A stretch of 64,000 nt of DNA from Phaeosaccion multiseriatum. Taxonomy: Eukaryota; Protista; Ochrophyta, other classes. The stretch covers positions 1,984,001 through 2,048,000 of the forward strand of contig OZ218964.1 in NCBI GenBank assembly GCA_965112735.1, written 5' to 3'. Numbering within the stretch: position 1 is the stretch's first letter; each line of letters starts with the position of its first letter. The notes beneath the pieces are model-generated. The model saw only the letters and a program-made list of their open reading frames with translations. It did not search any database and was not told where the DNA came from. A program made the position numbers and the translations under genes. Shown here one piece after another: positions 39,310-51,970 of the stretch.

Positions 39310-41537
39310 TGAGTGAGGGGCTGTAGGTGAGGGGCAATGGGGGAGGAGCGGTCAGTTCCGATGAGATTTTCAATCCAATCACGGCTGAGGTCATCGGGGA
39401 TAAGGTTGATGCGCCCGGGGACATGGACGGTGTCGAGGCTGCACCGAGCACCGATCTCCAGGAGGCCCACCAGCCCTGCCAAGCCGTTGCTGATGGAGCT
39501 GTTGGGGGCCCCCTGGTTCTCTACCCAAGACAAGCTGCTGGTGTTGTCGCCACGCACTAGCACCGCTGAGAGGTCGAAAGCTGTTGGATGTTGGAGCCAG
39601 AAGGTGCAGAGGCCCGTAACGATCACGCCCATCTCCAAGTCGTTTACAGTGATCAATTTCGGGACCGTATGGTGTCGGGCTACTACCTCCGCAGGCCAGC
39701 GCCACTGTGCGAACATGGAGGCTTCTGCCCATACAATTCCCCCTCCCCAGTCAGACGCGTCTCCGTCGAGGCAAACGTCCGGTTGGCGAGGGACTAGTAG
39801 CTCCAAAGGGCACACCAGGATAGAGGGATCTTTCACCCCCCACACGCAGATAAGATGCCGCCAGCGCTGGAGGTCGAAGAGGGCGTCGTCGTCCAGAAAG
39901 AGCTTCGTACGCCCGGCAAAACGACCCGTACCACAGCCTCGGGTGAGATTGGTGAGCTGACGAAGCATGTAACGGCCGGGGCGAATGCAGAAGCTGATGC
40001 TGCGGAGCTTGCCGATAAAAGATTGAAGCTCCTTCAGCGTGCAAACGGTGCGAGTTGGAGGCCACTCAGCCAACAGAGTGTGCAGTTCGGCGAGCTTGTC
40101 GGGACGCAGAGAGGCAGTGCCGGCCTCCGTGTCGATCATGATGCCCAAAACTCGCTGCACGGAACGCCAGGGGCCCTCCTTCCCATGCTTCGCCAGATTG
40201 ATGCAGGAGGAAACATGTGGATTTTCCCCAGGCCAGCCGAAGAGGTTGTAGTGCATCGCCGTGATGATTCTGCTGAGCTGGAGGAGGGGGGCAGCTCGCT
40301 CGGCGGAGGGGAGGCCCCGTCGAGCTGCTTTAGCGGCTATGAGGTCGTCGCCGTGAACCACAGCATGGTGCTCTGGAATTTCCCCAACCGCCGTCGGAGT
40401 ACCCCGTAACTGTCGCCGTTGGATTGGCCGTTGCTCCTCCACATCAATCAGCTCCATGCCCGGGATGAGGCCGTTGCAACAAGCAGGGATGACGAGATGA
40501 GTGGTGAGAGCCGTAGCGCAGATGACGGCGACGAGACTCTGGGCCAAGACGAAGTAGAAAGAGGGGCTAGAGCAAGGGCCAAATCCGCAGCGCAAGTCGA
40601 AAACGCACACTGCTCCAACGACCGAGCAGAAGAAAGGCCAGAGGCCGGCCTGGCGGGAGTAGAAGATCCAGTTGAACGCAGAGCTGACGTCGGTCTTGGA
40701 GATGAGAATATCCCACTCGGAGGGGTCGAGAGAAAGGCTCCGCCGAACCAAGTAAGTGAGGAATTCCGTTAAAGCGTCGTGGCCCTTCATGTTGACTAAA
40801 GCCTCCTTGTCGGTCTGGCTGTTGGACGTAGGCTCTCCGTCGGAAGAGGCGAAGGTGGGGTCGGTGATGAGGCGCCACTCGCCGCTCTTCTTTTGGAGGA
40901 GGCCTAGGGGGTTGGGGCGCAAGTCCGGAAAAACCTGGCGCGCCAGCTCCACCGGTACCAGCAACACTTTCCCCTCCAACGAGCTAGTCACAGCGAGGTC
41001 CTCCAGCACCGTAGGATGCTCTCGTCCCGAGGGGTGGTTCCCGTACGCGTCTCGTTGGGCGGAAGGGACGGAGAAGAAGGTGCCAGGGACGGTGGCACCG
41101 TTGGTGGTAAGCTCATGGAGATGTGACCATAAAGGGACGTTGCCGAAGTAGCGCTCAATCCGTGCGGCGTCGAAGTAGGTGGGAGCGAAGGGAGGGCCTA
41201 GCCAAGCAAGGTAGGCCCCCAAGTCTCCGTGGAAGGCGATGAGGCCACGACCGTGGAGCTCGACGACGGAAGATGAAAAACTTTTCTCCCCATTGGCGCG
41301 GCGTCCAAATGCTGCGTCACTGAGGAAAGTCCGCTCCACCCACGCCCGATCAGCCGGCCGATGGTAGCACGGGACTTCGGGGGGCCGACGAGGCGGCCGT
41401 TCCGACCCTCGAGTAGCCAAGCCGCTCACCAACGTGTGCTCCGGAGGGCGGCGTGGGGGCCGGCCCTCGTTCCCCTCAGAGCCCTCTCCCCCTATCCCTG
41501 AAGGCACGATGAGAGGTGACACCGTGCCAGGGCCCCC
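39165..41537 (-). CDS. pol: Reverse transcriptase-RNase H, in frame with gag behind one TGA
   Basis: RT motifs: PLGLLQKKSGEWRLITD, SKTDVSSAF, LRCGFGPCSSP, HGDD, VLGIMIDT, LQSFIGKL. RNase H motifs: DGDASDWGGG, NDLE, VRGDN, HVPGRINLIPDDLSR. Confidence 0.95.
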   Translation of the reverse strand, partial: GGPGTVSPLIVPSGIGGEGSEGNEGRPPRRPPEHTLVSGLATRGSERPPRRPPEVPCYHRPADRAWVERTFLSDAAFGRRANGEKSFSSSVVELHGRGLIAFHGDLGAYLAWLGPPFAPTYFDAARIERYFGNVPLWSHLHELTTNGATVPGTFFSVPSAQRDAYGNHPSGREHPTVLEDLAVTSSLEGKVLLVPVELARQVFPDLRPNPLGLLQKKSGEWRLITDPTFASSDGEPTSNSQTDKEALVNMKGHDALTEFLTYLVRRSLSLDPSEWDILISKTDVSSAFNWIFYSRQAGLWPFFCSVVGAVCVFDLRCGFGPCSSPSFYFVLAQSLVAVICATALTTHLVIPACCNGLIPGMELIDVEEQRPIQRRQLRGTPTAVGEIPEHHAVVHGDDLIAAKAARRGLPSAERAAPLLQLSRIITAMHYNLFGWPGENPHVSSCINLAKHGKEGPWRSVQRVLGIMIDTEAGTASLRPDKLAELHTLLAEWPPTRTVCTLKELQSFIGKLRSISFCIRPGRYMLRQLTNLTRGCGTGRFAGRTKLFLDDDALFDLQRWRHLICVWGVKDPSILVCPLELLVPRQPDVCLDGDASDWGGGIVWAEASMFAQWRWPAEVVARHHTVPKLITVNDLEMGVIVTGLCTFWLQHPTAFDLSAVLVRGDNTSSLSWVENQGAPNSSISNGLAGLVGLLEIGARCSLDTVHVPGRINLIPDDLSRDWIENLIGTDRSSPIAPHLQPLTQWTQIMPDSIVLDAVFSALLGQPQRAVSALAPWIATHRSNANGWSSAN

Positions 41538-43262
41538 TCACCACCATGGTACCCCCGGAAGGCCGCCAAGACGGGCAGCGATGTTGTTGGTATGGGCCTT
41601 CTCCGCGGCGGTAGGAGCTTTGGAATCCCGCATGCCGCTCCGAAGGTGATTGACGGCTGTGGACTTCTGAGCAGTAGAGAGGGTGCCAGGGGTGCAGGGG
41701 GCGTAAGGGCATGAGCCAGACGAGGCCTCGGCGCACGACTGGGTCTTTAGCAGGGTGGTACAGGGTTTCAGAGCGCCATTCCCACGTCCGCCTCCCCCTC
41801 CGTTGCTGTTGCGTGTCCCCCCCAAGTCCATATCACGCAGCAGGCACGTGAGGAGGCCACGTTGGACGATGAGGGCCGCCGGGGAAGCGTAGTGGTCGAG
41901 CAGAGCGTGAAGAGAGAAGACAGGAGCGGTGTCGTAGGAAGCGGGAGGGAGGCTTTGGCAGCTGAGCCACTTAGCCGAATTGATGGAGTGGAGGTCGAGG
42001 AGAGCGTTGGTCGTGGAGCACAGGATGTCGGGGGGCATCCCTAGGGCCGAGGAGTCGCTGCGAGTGCACAGCTCGTCGAGGGTCGTAGAGAACTCGTCGA
42101 ACTCGTTGATAAAGTTGGCGTTCTCGGGGTAGACCAAACGGATGACGCTGACGAAGTTGTCGACAGTTGTCCGTAGGGCAGCGAACGAGCGAGGGAGGGG
42201 GCGAGCGACCGTAGGGAGTGCGATCACCGCGCCTCCTGCTTCTGCGCTCGAGCGTTGTAGGTCCGAATGCTCCAAGCGCAGAGCGGCGCTGAGCGCCGTG
42301 GTGCGCTCGCGGGGGGTGCAGCACTGAAGCTCGAAACCAGCAGGGATCCCAAACCGACCTTGGAGGAGCCCAGTGATGGCTTTGGGGTCGAACGCGACGT
42401 CTCGTGGGCTCATGAGCGTCTGCACGGCTGCAGTGACGCCGTGAGCGCCTTGGCGACGCACGTGAGAGACCTTGCCACCGTTAAGTAGGATAGCTAATGG
42501 GGCGACGGATTTACCTTTGTCTTCGCGGGTCGTGGTGGCGGAGGTGGCCGCTGTAGCCTTGGCCTCAGCGAGGCGAAGCTGCGCCAGCTCCGTCTCCGCT
42601 GTACGTCTCTCTAACTCAAGCTTATCCTCTGCTTCCGCGCGGTGGCGCTCACGATCTCGAAGAAAACGACGATGCTCGCGCTCAGCTGCTTCCTCCTCCC
42701 GAATCGCGAGAAGGGCCGCCTCGGAGAGGGGGGCCGAAGGCGAATGGGAGGAAGGTTGGGGAGGCAAGTGAGGTGCTGCCATCGTAGAAGAAGTCTGAAC
42801 CTTGGGCTCCGAATGAAGGCGAGCAGGGCCCGACGGAAGAGACGTGGTAGAAGTAGTAGGGAAGAGGGTGTGGAGGAGTGAGGCTGAAGTCGCCGGTTGG
42901 GCAACAACGCCTACTGCGGCGAGGTCTGCGAACGTCGAAACGGTCACGAGGTGCCAGCGAACGGATTCCTCCGCCGGCGAAGTGGGCAGAGAAGAGAGCT
43001 CACTCGGAGGGTTGGTGGAGGCCACCGCAAGCCACTCCTCCCAGACGTCTTGAGCGTAGATGTCGTCCGTGGGAAGGGAGAGGACGTGGTAGGAGGCCTC
43101 CGTGTAGTGACTTTTCCCTGAGCGAACCAGAATTGCTGGACGAAAAGAACCCTGAGACGACTTGTCCTTGTAGATGACGAGCGCTGCTTCCCCGTTGTTG
43201 GGACGGTGGGCGGCGACCCGAAGGAGCCTCGCGGCGTCCGATGAAGTGTCAAGAGGTGACAT
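41538..43262 (-). CDS. gag: Gag-like ORF1 (574 aa from ATG): Tudor-like N-terminus, coiled coil, C-terminal Cys cluster
   Basis: First ORF after the A repeat, with ATG at 43262. It has an E/R-rich coiled coil and a C-x8-C-x7-C-x4-C cluster near the C-terminus. The gag call is positional. Confidence 0.8.
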   Translation of the reverse strand: MSPLDTSSDAARLLRVAAHRPNNGEAALVIYKDKSSQGSFRPAILVRSGKSHYTEASYHVLSLPTDDIYAQDVWEEWLAVASTNPPSELSSLPTSPAEESVRWHLVTVSTFADLAAVGVVAQPATSASLLHTLFPTTSTTSLPSGPARLHSEPKVQTSSTMAAPHLPPQPSSHSPSAPLSEAALLAIREEEAAEREHRRFLRDRERHRAEAEDKLELERRTAETELAQLRLAEAKATAATSATTTREDKGKSVAPLAILLNGGKVSHVRRQGAHGVTAAVQTLMSPRDVAFDPKAITGLLQGRFGIPAGFELQCCTPRERTTALSAALRLEHSDLQRSSAEAGGAVIALPTVARPLPRSFAALRTTVDNFVSVIRLVYPENANFINEFDEFSTTLDELCTRSDSSALGMPPDILCSTTNALLDLHSINSAKWLSCQSLPPASYDTAPVFSLHALLDHYASPAALIVQRGLLTCLLRDMDLGGTRNSNGGGGGRGNGALKPCTTLLKTQSCAEASSGSCPYAPCTPGTLSTAQKSTAVNHLRSGMRDSKAPTAAEKAHTNNIAARLGGLPGVPWW

Positions 43263-43980
43263 GGTAGGAAAAACTTTGGTTGTCTGGTGGCGTGCACGTG
43301 GGCCACACCCCCCAAAGAATTGGGCCACGGGAGAGAGAGGAGAAGGCGGAGAGGGTAGTAGGACGTCAGGAGAGTCCTACTGTGATAGGCTGGTGGTGGG
43401 GAAAGGGCGAAGAGGGCAAAAGGCGCCGGTACGCAACACCGGGGAGGCGGTCGGCACGCAACACCAGACACCGCTGTCCTAAGCCATAGAGCCCCACAAC
43501 ACCGGCGAAGGGAAAGAAAAGAAGAGTTCCGGCACGCAACACCGTGGAGACTGTCGGCACGCAACACCAGACACAGTCTCCCTAGCTCTTCCTCTCTCTT
43601 CCTCGAGGATCCCGGCTCGCAACACCAGGCGGATCCCCTTGGCCAACACAAGCGCTCTGTCCGGGCCCAGGACAAGAGGCTCGCTTTCCACCACACCAGT
43701 ATCTACTCTCCTCCTTGACAGTGTGCTCCACTCTTCCTGGACTCTGTCTCCGCCGCCTCAGTAAGTGACAGCACACGCCAAGGTCTCTCCTCTTCTGAAA
43801 AATCTAAATTCCCTGCTTCACTGACATACTGTACATCTCCCCAGAGGGGACCCCCCCCTTGGGGCGGTACCAAGCACCTACGCTGACGCTTCGCCCTGCT
43901 GGCTCCCATGTCTCCCACCTCGTCCTCGTCTCTGTTCCGCGAGAAACAAAGTTCCGTTGCTGCGCTGCTGAACAGGCTTT

Positions 43981-46900
43981 CGCGCGGTCGCGGCGCTCGG
44001 GCGAAGGTGGGAAGCCAGTGAGAGGCCTCCTCCCTTCAGTCGTAGGCGAGGGCCCGGGAGATGTCCGACTCCCGCTCCAAGGCGTCGCAGTATGCATGCT
44101 GAGGACTATCCACATCCACGCCGTGGCCGGCTGTTCGAGGCCCAGAGGAATAGGGCTGGACTCCCAAGTGGCCACCTGCTCCGCAGGTGGAGAGGTCGTG
44201 GGCCAGGGGTAGCTAACGTTGGGGGAAGGACTCATCATTAGTAGGGGGGGGCAGTCCCGTGAGGGGGTCCCACCTCGGGAGCGCAGAGCGCCTCCAAGGG
44301 GGCCGCCTCCATGGGGAGGCCGCCCGGGTCCATGGAGGGAGAGCGGGCACCGGGAGCACCCCAAGTCCCGCTTCACCCCCACCCATCCGGACCCACCGGT
44401 GCGCTGCGAGTGGAGCTTGCAGCACCTGCCCCAGCCTAGTCGAGAGCCCACTCTCCCGATCGTAGTCGGCCGGTACACAAAACACAAAGATACACAAACA
44501 TTCATACGCAGACAGACATAATAATACACATACAGGGGCACCAGTAGACACAGACGCACACCAGTACACACACAGATACAAACACCCGCCGCGTGTACCG
44601 GTGTAGGGCTGCTGGTGCTGTTGCCAAGGGCTGCGCTCCCCGCTGCTGGGGGAGGAATGATGGCGAGGGAGGAGCCGCTGGTGTCGCCACGGGCAGAGTC
44701 AGTGTCCTTTGAAGAGGTCCCTTCGCACGCCCCCTGCTGACCATCACACACCCCCCACTCGCTTGGGATGGTGTGCTGGGGGGGAGGCGAGCCACTGAGT
44801 GAAATACACTGCGCAGTCCTCTGGCACGGCTGGTGGAAGCAGCAAAGCGCGCCCAAACCAGCAAATTCGGATTCTTTCCGGAATCACAGATCCAAAAGTG
44901 TCCATATATCCAACCCCTGTAGAAAAGCCGAAAATGCCCTCACAGAAGCGCTCATGTTTTCCGCTCCAAGCTCTTCGAACATCAACTCGTAGAAGTTACC
45001 CTTCTGCACACGCCGTACCAAGACCACTCCGCTGCGATTCCAACCGTTCGCCGCGGACTTCCGCTGTACCAGCTGAGCAATGCAACGAATGCAAAACACC
45101 TCGGTGCTGCGGGCCCGAAAAATGAACAAGTCCAATATCTCAAGCGCGGCGGCATCAATCCCTCGACCACCGAGCACGATAGCAAGAGGGTAGTCCATCC
45201 ATACTACTGCAAGTAAGTCGTGCAAGCAGAGCGAGCCACAAGCCCTGTTCTCTCCCATCCTCCATGTTCACACCGCTCACGAGCCCCAACGCCGAAAAAT
45301 CCATCACCTTCTCTTCTGCATCACAGGCAGGCCCCGACTTCCACTCCATAGCTGTTGTGAACGACCAAACGTCATGCTTCCGCCGTCCATTACAGATAAG
45401 TAGCCACACTGCTCAATGCCCCAATTTCCTTCAGCACCGGACGACGTACATCGCCGTACACTCCGGAGACGGTCACCAAACGCTGCCGTACCTCCCGAAA
45501 TGCGAGTACCGTGCACTCCCAATGCCGCCTTCCAATTCCCAATTCTCCCTCGTATGCTGTGCCTCTCTTGTCGCCCATCGGTTCGCTGTTATGGCCACAG
45601 GTCCCATATCCGCTCCACACGCAAACTAGAGGCGCCAACCACCATCAAAGGGCTCTCCGGTTCCTTCCAACAGCCCAAATAGCTGCCTTCGCATCCATGC
45701 TGCCACCTTTGACGCTCGTACTAACTGCCTGGCGGTTGCTGTTTGTCCTGAGAGCTGAGCCCCCATCGGACCCCCCCCCTCCCCTTCCCATGCGTTCGAG
45801 ATGGTGAGGGAGGTACAGCTGTAGTCCGTCTCCTTCCCTTCGCCGCTCCTCGGCCCGATATGTCTCTCGGATGTAGCTGCCGGAGGTGGGCTGTGCGAGC
45901 TCCCGTATCGAAGGTCAGCTACGCCCCCACCCATCCAGAGAGACTGCAGGCAAGCCCAGTGGCGACCACGTACGCCTCCTTCTGGCCATACTGCTGTTGT
46001 AGGTGGGGGACACTCCAACAACAAGGGAGGTACACTTAAACACGCAGACGTACACAAACATTCACAGGCACACAGACATAGACAAAGGCACAATACAGAG
46101 ACACCAGCACGCACAAACGGACACTAGCACACACAGACGCAGACCAGCACACACGGATACAAACACACATCGTGTGTAGGGGCAGTGACCATGGCTGCTG
46201 TTACCTAGGACTGCCCCGCCCGCCGTTGAGGGCCGGAATGGCGAGGGATGAGCCGCTGTTGTCACCACGCGCAGAGCCAGCCTCCTTTGTGGAGGAGGCC
46301 CTTATTCGCACGCCAAACACAGGAAATACGCACCCTACACACAGAAACACCGTCGAAACATACACACACAAACATACAGACAGACACCTGGAAGAGCTAA
46401 GGGGCCTGCCGTCACCCGGGAGCCCCTTTCGCCTCGCAAAAAGACAAAAAATGCCGTGGACCACATCCCCCAAACCTTGGGCCACGGGAGAGAGGAGAGG
46501 GCGGAGAGATGAGTAGGGCGTCGGCCTCAACACCGGACGCGGATCCTACGGCGATACCAGCAAGGAAGAAAGGGCGAAGAGGGCAAAAGGCGCCGGCACG
46601 CAACACCGTGGAGGCGGTCGGCACGCAACACCAGGCACCGCTTGTCCCAAGCCATAGAGCCCCGCAACACCGGCAAAGGAAAGAAAAGAAGAGTTCCGGC
46701 ACGCAACACCGTGGAGACTGTCGGCACGCAACACCAGACACAGTCTCCCTAGCTCTTCCTCCCTCTTCCACGAGGATCCCGGCTCGCAACACCAGGCGGA
46801 TCCCCTTGGCCAACACAAGCGCTCTGTCCGGGCCCAGGACAAGAGGCTCGCTTTCCACCACACCAGTATCTACTCTCCTCCTTGACAGTGTGCTCCACTC

Positions 46901-47168
46901 TTCCTGGACTCTGTCTCCGCCGCCTCAGTAAGTGACAGCACACGCCAAGGTCTCTCCTCTTCTGAAAAATCTAAATTCCCTGCTTCACTGACATAATGTA
47001 CATCTCTCCAGAGGGGACCCCCCCCCTTGGGGCGGTACCAAGCACCTACGCTGACGCTTCGCCCTGCTGGCTCCCATGTCTCCCACCTCTTCCTCGTCTC
47101 TGTTCCGCGAGAAACAAAGTTCCGTTGCTGCGCTGCTGAACAGGCTGTTGCTGCGCTGCTGAACAGGC
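43981..47168 (-). mobile_element. Non-autonomous element NA-4 (A-internal-B) fused directly upstream of autonomous copy 1, with a 23-bp terminal duplication
   Basis: A 46677-47145 and B 43981-44380, joined by ttt to the A at 43977. 'gttgctgcgctgctgaacaggct' is repeated at 47124-47146 and 47147-47169. Confidence 0.93.
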
Positions 47169-48792
47169 TTTGGCTGGACCCAAAACCAGCATTTGCGAAG
47201 TAAACACACCCCAAACGAGGCAGTTAAATGCTGGCCTTGATATGCCCGCGCCGGGCACTGGCTCTGCACAATAGGCCTAACCAACACACTACATGCCCAT
47301 AACAAAGCCAAGTCGGGCATGGAGTGGCCTCAAAATGCCCAATCTGGCCCTTGCATGGCTGGACCTAAATTCAGCATTTATTAGGTAAAGACAACCCAAA
47401 CAAGGCAGTTGCTGGCCTCGATATGCCCGCGCGGGGTGCTAGCTTCACTCTAATGGCCCAACCAACACACTGCATCCCAACAACGAAGCCGAGTCAGGCC
47501 TGGAGTGGCCTCAAAATGCCCAATGTGGCCCTCGGCTGGACACAAAATCGGTATTTGCAAGGCACAAACACCCCAAACGAGGCAGTTGCTGAGCTCGATA
47601 TGCCCGCGCTATGCACTAGATCAGCGCAACAGGCCTAACCAACACACTACATCCCCACAACGAAGCCGAGTCGGGCATGGAGTGGCCTCAAAATGCCCAA
47701 TCTGACCCTTGGCTGGACCCAAAACCAGCATTTTGCGAAGTAAACACACCCCAAACGAGGCAGTTGCTGGTTATGATATGCCCGCGCCGGGCACTGGCTC
47801 AGCACAATAGGCCTAACCAACACACTACATGCCCATAACAAAGCCAAGCCGGGCATGGAGTGACCTCAAAATGCCCAATCTGACCCTTGGCTGGACCCAA
47901 AACCAGCATTTGCGAAGTAAACACACCCCAAACGAGGCAGTTAATTGCTGGCCTTGATATGCCCGCGCCGGGCACTGGCTCTGCACAACAGGCCTAACCA
48001 ACACACTACATGCCCATAACAAAGCCAAGTCGGGCATGGAGTGGCCTCAAAATGCCCAATCTGACCCTTGGCTGGACCCAAAACCGGAATTTGCCAGACA
48101 CAAACACCTCAAACGAGGCAGTTGCTGGTCTTGATATGCCCGCGCCGAGCACTGGCTCAGCACAACAGGCCTAACCAACACACTACATGCCCATAACGAA
48201 GCCAAGTCGGGCATAGAATGGCCTCAAAATGCCCAATCTGGCACATGGCTGGACCCAAAACCGGAATTTGCCAGGCACAAACAACCCAAACGAGGCAGTT
48301 GCTGGTCTTGATATGCCCGCGCCGGGCACTGGCTCTGCACAATAGGCCTAACCAACACACTACATGCCCACAACGAAGCCAAGTCGGGCATAGAATGGCC
48401 TCAAAACGCGCAACCTGGCACATGGCTGGACCCAAAACCGGCATTTGCCAGGAACACACACCCCAAACGAGGCAGTTGCTGGTCTTGATCTGCCCGCGCC
48501 GGGCACTGGCTCAGCACAATACGTCAAACTGACACACTACATCCCCACAACGAAGCCAAGTCGGGCATAGAATGGCCTCAAAACGCGCAATCTGGCACAT
48601 GGCTGGACCCAAAACCGGCATTTGCCAGGCACAAACAACCGAAACGAGGCAGTTGCTGGTCTTGATATGCCCGCGCCGGGCACTGGCTCTGCACAATAGG
48701 CCTAACCAACACACTACATGCCCACAACGAAGCCAAGTCGGGCATAGAATGGCCTCAAAACGCGCAACCTGGCACATGGCTGGACCCAAAAA

Positions 48793-51700
48793 GCCTGTTC
48801 AGCAGCGCAGCAACGGAACTTTGTTTCTCGCGGAACAGAGACGAGGAAGAGGTGGGAGACATGGGAGCCAGCAGGGCGAAGCGTCAGCGTAGGTGCTTGG
48901 TACCGCCCCAAGGGGGGGGGTCCCCTCTGGAGAGATGTACAGTATGTCAGTGAAGCAGGGAATTTAGATTTTTCAGAAGAGGAGAGACCTTGGCGTGTGC
49001 TGTCACTTACTGAGGCGGCGGAGACAGAGCCCAGGAAGAGTGGAGCACACTGTCAAGGAGGAGAGTAGATACTGGTGTGGTGGAAAGCGAGCCTCTTGTC
49101 CTGGGCCCGGACAGAGCGCTTGTGTCGGCCAAGGGGACCCGCCTGGTGTTGAGTGCCGGGGTCCTCGTGGGCGAGGGAAGGAGAGATAGGGAGACTGTGT
49201 CTGGTGTTGAGTGCCGACAGTGTCCACGGTGTTGAGTGCCGGAACTCTTCTTTTCTTTCCCTTTGCCGGTGTTGTGGGGCTCTACGGCTTAGGAGCGGTG
49301 TCTGGTGTTGAGTGCCGACCGCCGCCCCGGTGTTGAGTGCCGGCGCCTTTTGCCCTCTTCGCCCTTTCTTCCTTGCTGGTATCGCCGTAGGATCCGCGTC
49401 CGGTGTTGAGGCCGACGCCCTACTCATCTCTCCGCCCTCTCCTCTCTCCCGTGGCCCAAGGTTTGGGGGGTGTGGTCCACGGCATTTTTTGTCTTTTTAC
49501 GAGACGAAAGGGGCTCCCGGGTGACGGCAGGCCCCTTAGCTCTTCCAGGTGTTTGTCTGTATGTTTGTGTGTGTATGTCCGGACGGTGTTTCTGTGTGTA
49601 GGGTGCGTATTTCCTGTGTTTGGCGTGCGAATATGCGCCTCCTCCGCAAAGGAGGCTGGCTCTGCGCGCGGTGACAACAGCGGCTCATCCCTCGCCATTC
49701 CGGCCCTCAACGGCGGGCGGGGCAGTCCTAGGCAACAGCAGCCGTGGTCACTGCCCCTACACACGATGTGTGTTTGTATCTGTGTGTGCTGGTCTGCGTC
49801 TGTGTGTGCTAGTGTGCGTTTGTGGGTGCTGGTGTCCCTGTATTGTGCCTTTGTCTATATCTGTGTGCCTGTGAATGTTTGTGTACGTCTGCGTGTTTAA
49901 GTGTACCTCCCTTGTTGTTGGAGTGTCTCCCACCTACAACAGCAGTATGGCCAGAAGGAGGCGTACGGGGTCGCCACTGAGCTTGCCTGCAGTCTCTCTG
50001 GATGGGTGGGGGCGTAGCTGACCTTCGATACGGGAGCTCGCACAGCTCACCTCCGGCAGCTACATCCGAGAGACATATCGGGCCGAGGAGCGGCGAAGGG
50101 AAGGAGACGGACTACAGCTGTACCTCCCTCACCATCTCGAACGCATGGGAGGGGGAGGGGGGGGGTCCGATGGAGGCTCAGCTCTCAGGACAAACAGCAA
50201 CCGCAAAGCAAATAGTACGAGCGTCAAAGGCGGCAGCATGGATGCGAAGGCAGCTATTCGGGCTGTTGGAAGGAACCGGAGAGCCCTTTGATCGTGGTTG
50301 GCGCCTCGAGTTTGCGTGTGGAGCGGATATGGGACCTGTGGCCATAACAGCGAACCGATGGGCGACAAGAGAGGCACAGCATACGAGGGGGAATTGAGAA
50401 TTGGAAGGCGGCATTGGGAGTGTACGGTACTCGCATTTCGGGAGGTACGGCAGCGTTTGGTGACCGTCTACGGAGTGTACGGCGATGTACGTCGTCCGGT
50501 GCTGAAGGAAATTGGGGCATTGAGCAATCTGGCTACTTATCTGTAATGGACGGCGGAAGCATGATGTTTGGTCGTTCACAACAGCTATGGAGTGGAAGTC
50601 GGGGCCTGCCTGTGATGCAGAAGAGAAGGTGATGGTTTTTTCGGCGTTGGGGCTCGTGAGCGGTGTGAACATGGAGGATGGGAGAGAACAGGGCTTGTGG
50701 CTCGCTCTGCTTGCACGACTTACTTCCGGTAGTATGGATGGACTACCCTCTTGCTATCGTGCTCGGTGGTCGAGGGATTGGTGCCGCCGCGCTTGAGATA
50801 TTGGACTGGTTCATTTTTCGGGCCCGCAGCACCGAGGTGTTTGGCATTCGCTGTATTGCTCAGCTGGTACAGCGGAAGTCCACGGCGGACGGTTGGAATC
50901 GCAGCAGAGTGGTCTTGGTACGGCGTGTGCAGAAGGGTAACTTCTACGAGTTGATGTTCGAAGAGCTTGGAGCGGAAAACATGAGCGCTTCTGTGAGGGC
51001 ATTTTCGGCTTTTCTACAGGGGTTGGATATATGGACACTTTTGGATCTGTGATTCCGAAAAGAATCCGAATTTGCTGGTTTGGGCGCGCTTTGCTGCTTC
51101 CACCCGCCGTGCCAGAGGACTGCGCAGTGTATTTCGCTCAGTGGCTCGCCCCCCCCCCAGCACACCATCCCAAGCGAGTGGGGGGTGTGTGATGGTCAGC
51201 AGGGGGCGTGCGAAGGGACCTCTTCAAAGGACACTGACTCTGCCCGTGGCGACACCAGCGGCTCCTCCCTCGCCATCATTCCTCCCCCAGCAGCGGGGAG
51301 CGCAGCCCTTGGCAACAGCACCAGCAGCCCTACACCGGTACACGCGGCGGGTGTTTGTATGTGTGTGTGTACTGGTGTGCGTCTGTGTCTACTGTTGCCC
51401 CTGTATGTGTATTATTATGTCTGTGTGCGTATGAATGTTTGTGTATCTTTGTGTTTTGTGTACCGGCCGACTACGATCGGGAGAGTGGGCTCCCGACTAG
51501 GCTGGGGCAGGTGCTGCTGCACCCTCGCAGCGCACCGGTGGGTACTCGGATGGGTGGGGGTGAAGCGGGACTTGGGGTGCTCACTGCGGTGGCACCCCAA
51601 GCTCCACTACATCCGAAACCCGGTGCCCGCCTCCCTCCATGGAGGCGGCCCCCTTGGAGGCGCTCTGCGCTCCCGAGGTGGGACCCCCTCACGGGACTGC

Positions 51701-51970
51701 CCCCCCCTACTAATGATGAGTCCTTCCCCCAACGTTAGCTACCCCTGGCCCACGACCTCTCCACCTGCGGAGCAGGTGGCCACTTGGGAGTCCAACCCTA
51801 TTCCTCTTGGCCTCGAACAGCCGGCTACGGCGTGGATGTGGATAGTCCTCAGCTTGCATACTGCGACGCCTTGGAGCGGGAGTCGGACATCTCCCGGGCC
51901 CTCGCCTACGACTGAAGGGAGGAGGCCTCTCACTGGCTTCCCACCTTCGCCCGAGCGCCGCGACGGCGCG
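48793..51970 (+). mobile_element. Non-autonomous element NA-5, short form A-internal-B
   Basis: Reverse complement of the NA-2 core. A 48793-49261, B ~51556-51970. The satellite rejoins as gacccaa aaa | aac cggcatt. Confidence 0.95.

Larger units (their letters stand above)
36849..43977 (-). mobile_element. Autonomous Ngaro/PAT-like tyrosine-recombinase retrotransposon, copy 1 (A1-gag-pol-YR-B1-A2-spacer-B2)
   Basis: A1 43510-43977, B1 37776-38175, A2 37301-37772, B2 36849-37248, with three intact ORFs. Split direct repeats plus RT/RH and YR without a DAM methyltransferase domain fit the Ngaro-like architecture. Confidence 0.95.

Noticed and set aside
38072-43696. Alternative-frame and antisense ORFs overlapping gag, pol and YR
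   Set aside because: Expected shadow ORFs in GC-rich coding DNA, with no recognisable motifs.
36849-43977. Prophage/integrative element or LTR (Gypsy/Copia) retrotransposon interpretation
   Set aside because: The YR is linked to RT/RNase H and split direct repeats. There is no DDE integrase, protease, TG...CA LTR pair, TSD or phage gene.
51700-51745. Hammerhead ribozyme in the B repeat ('ctaatgatgagtcc')
   Set aside because: The core is not CUGAUGA, and no matching stem II followed by GAAA is present.
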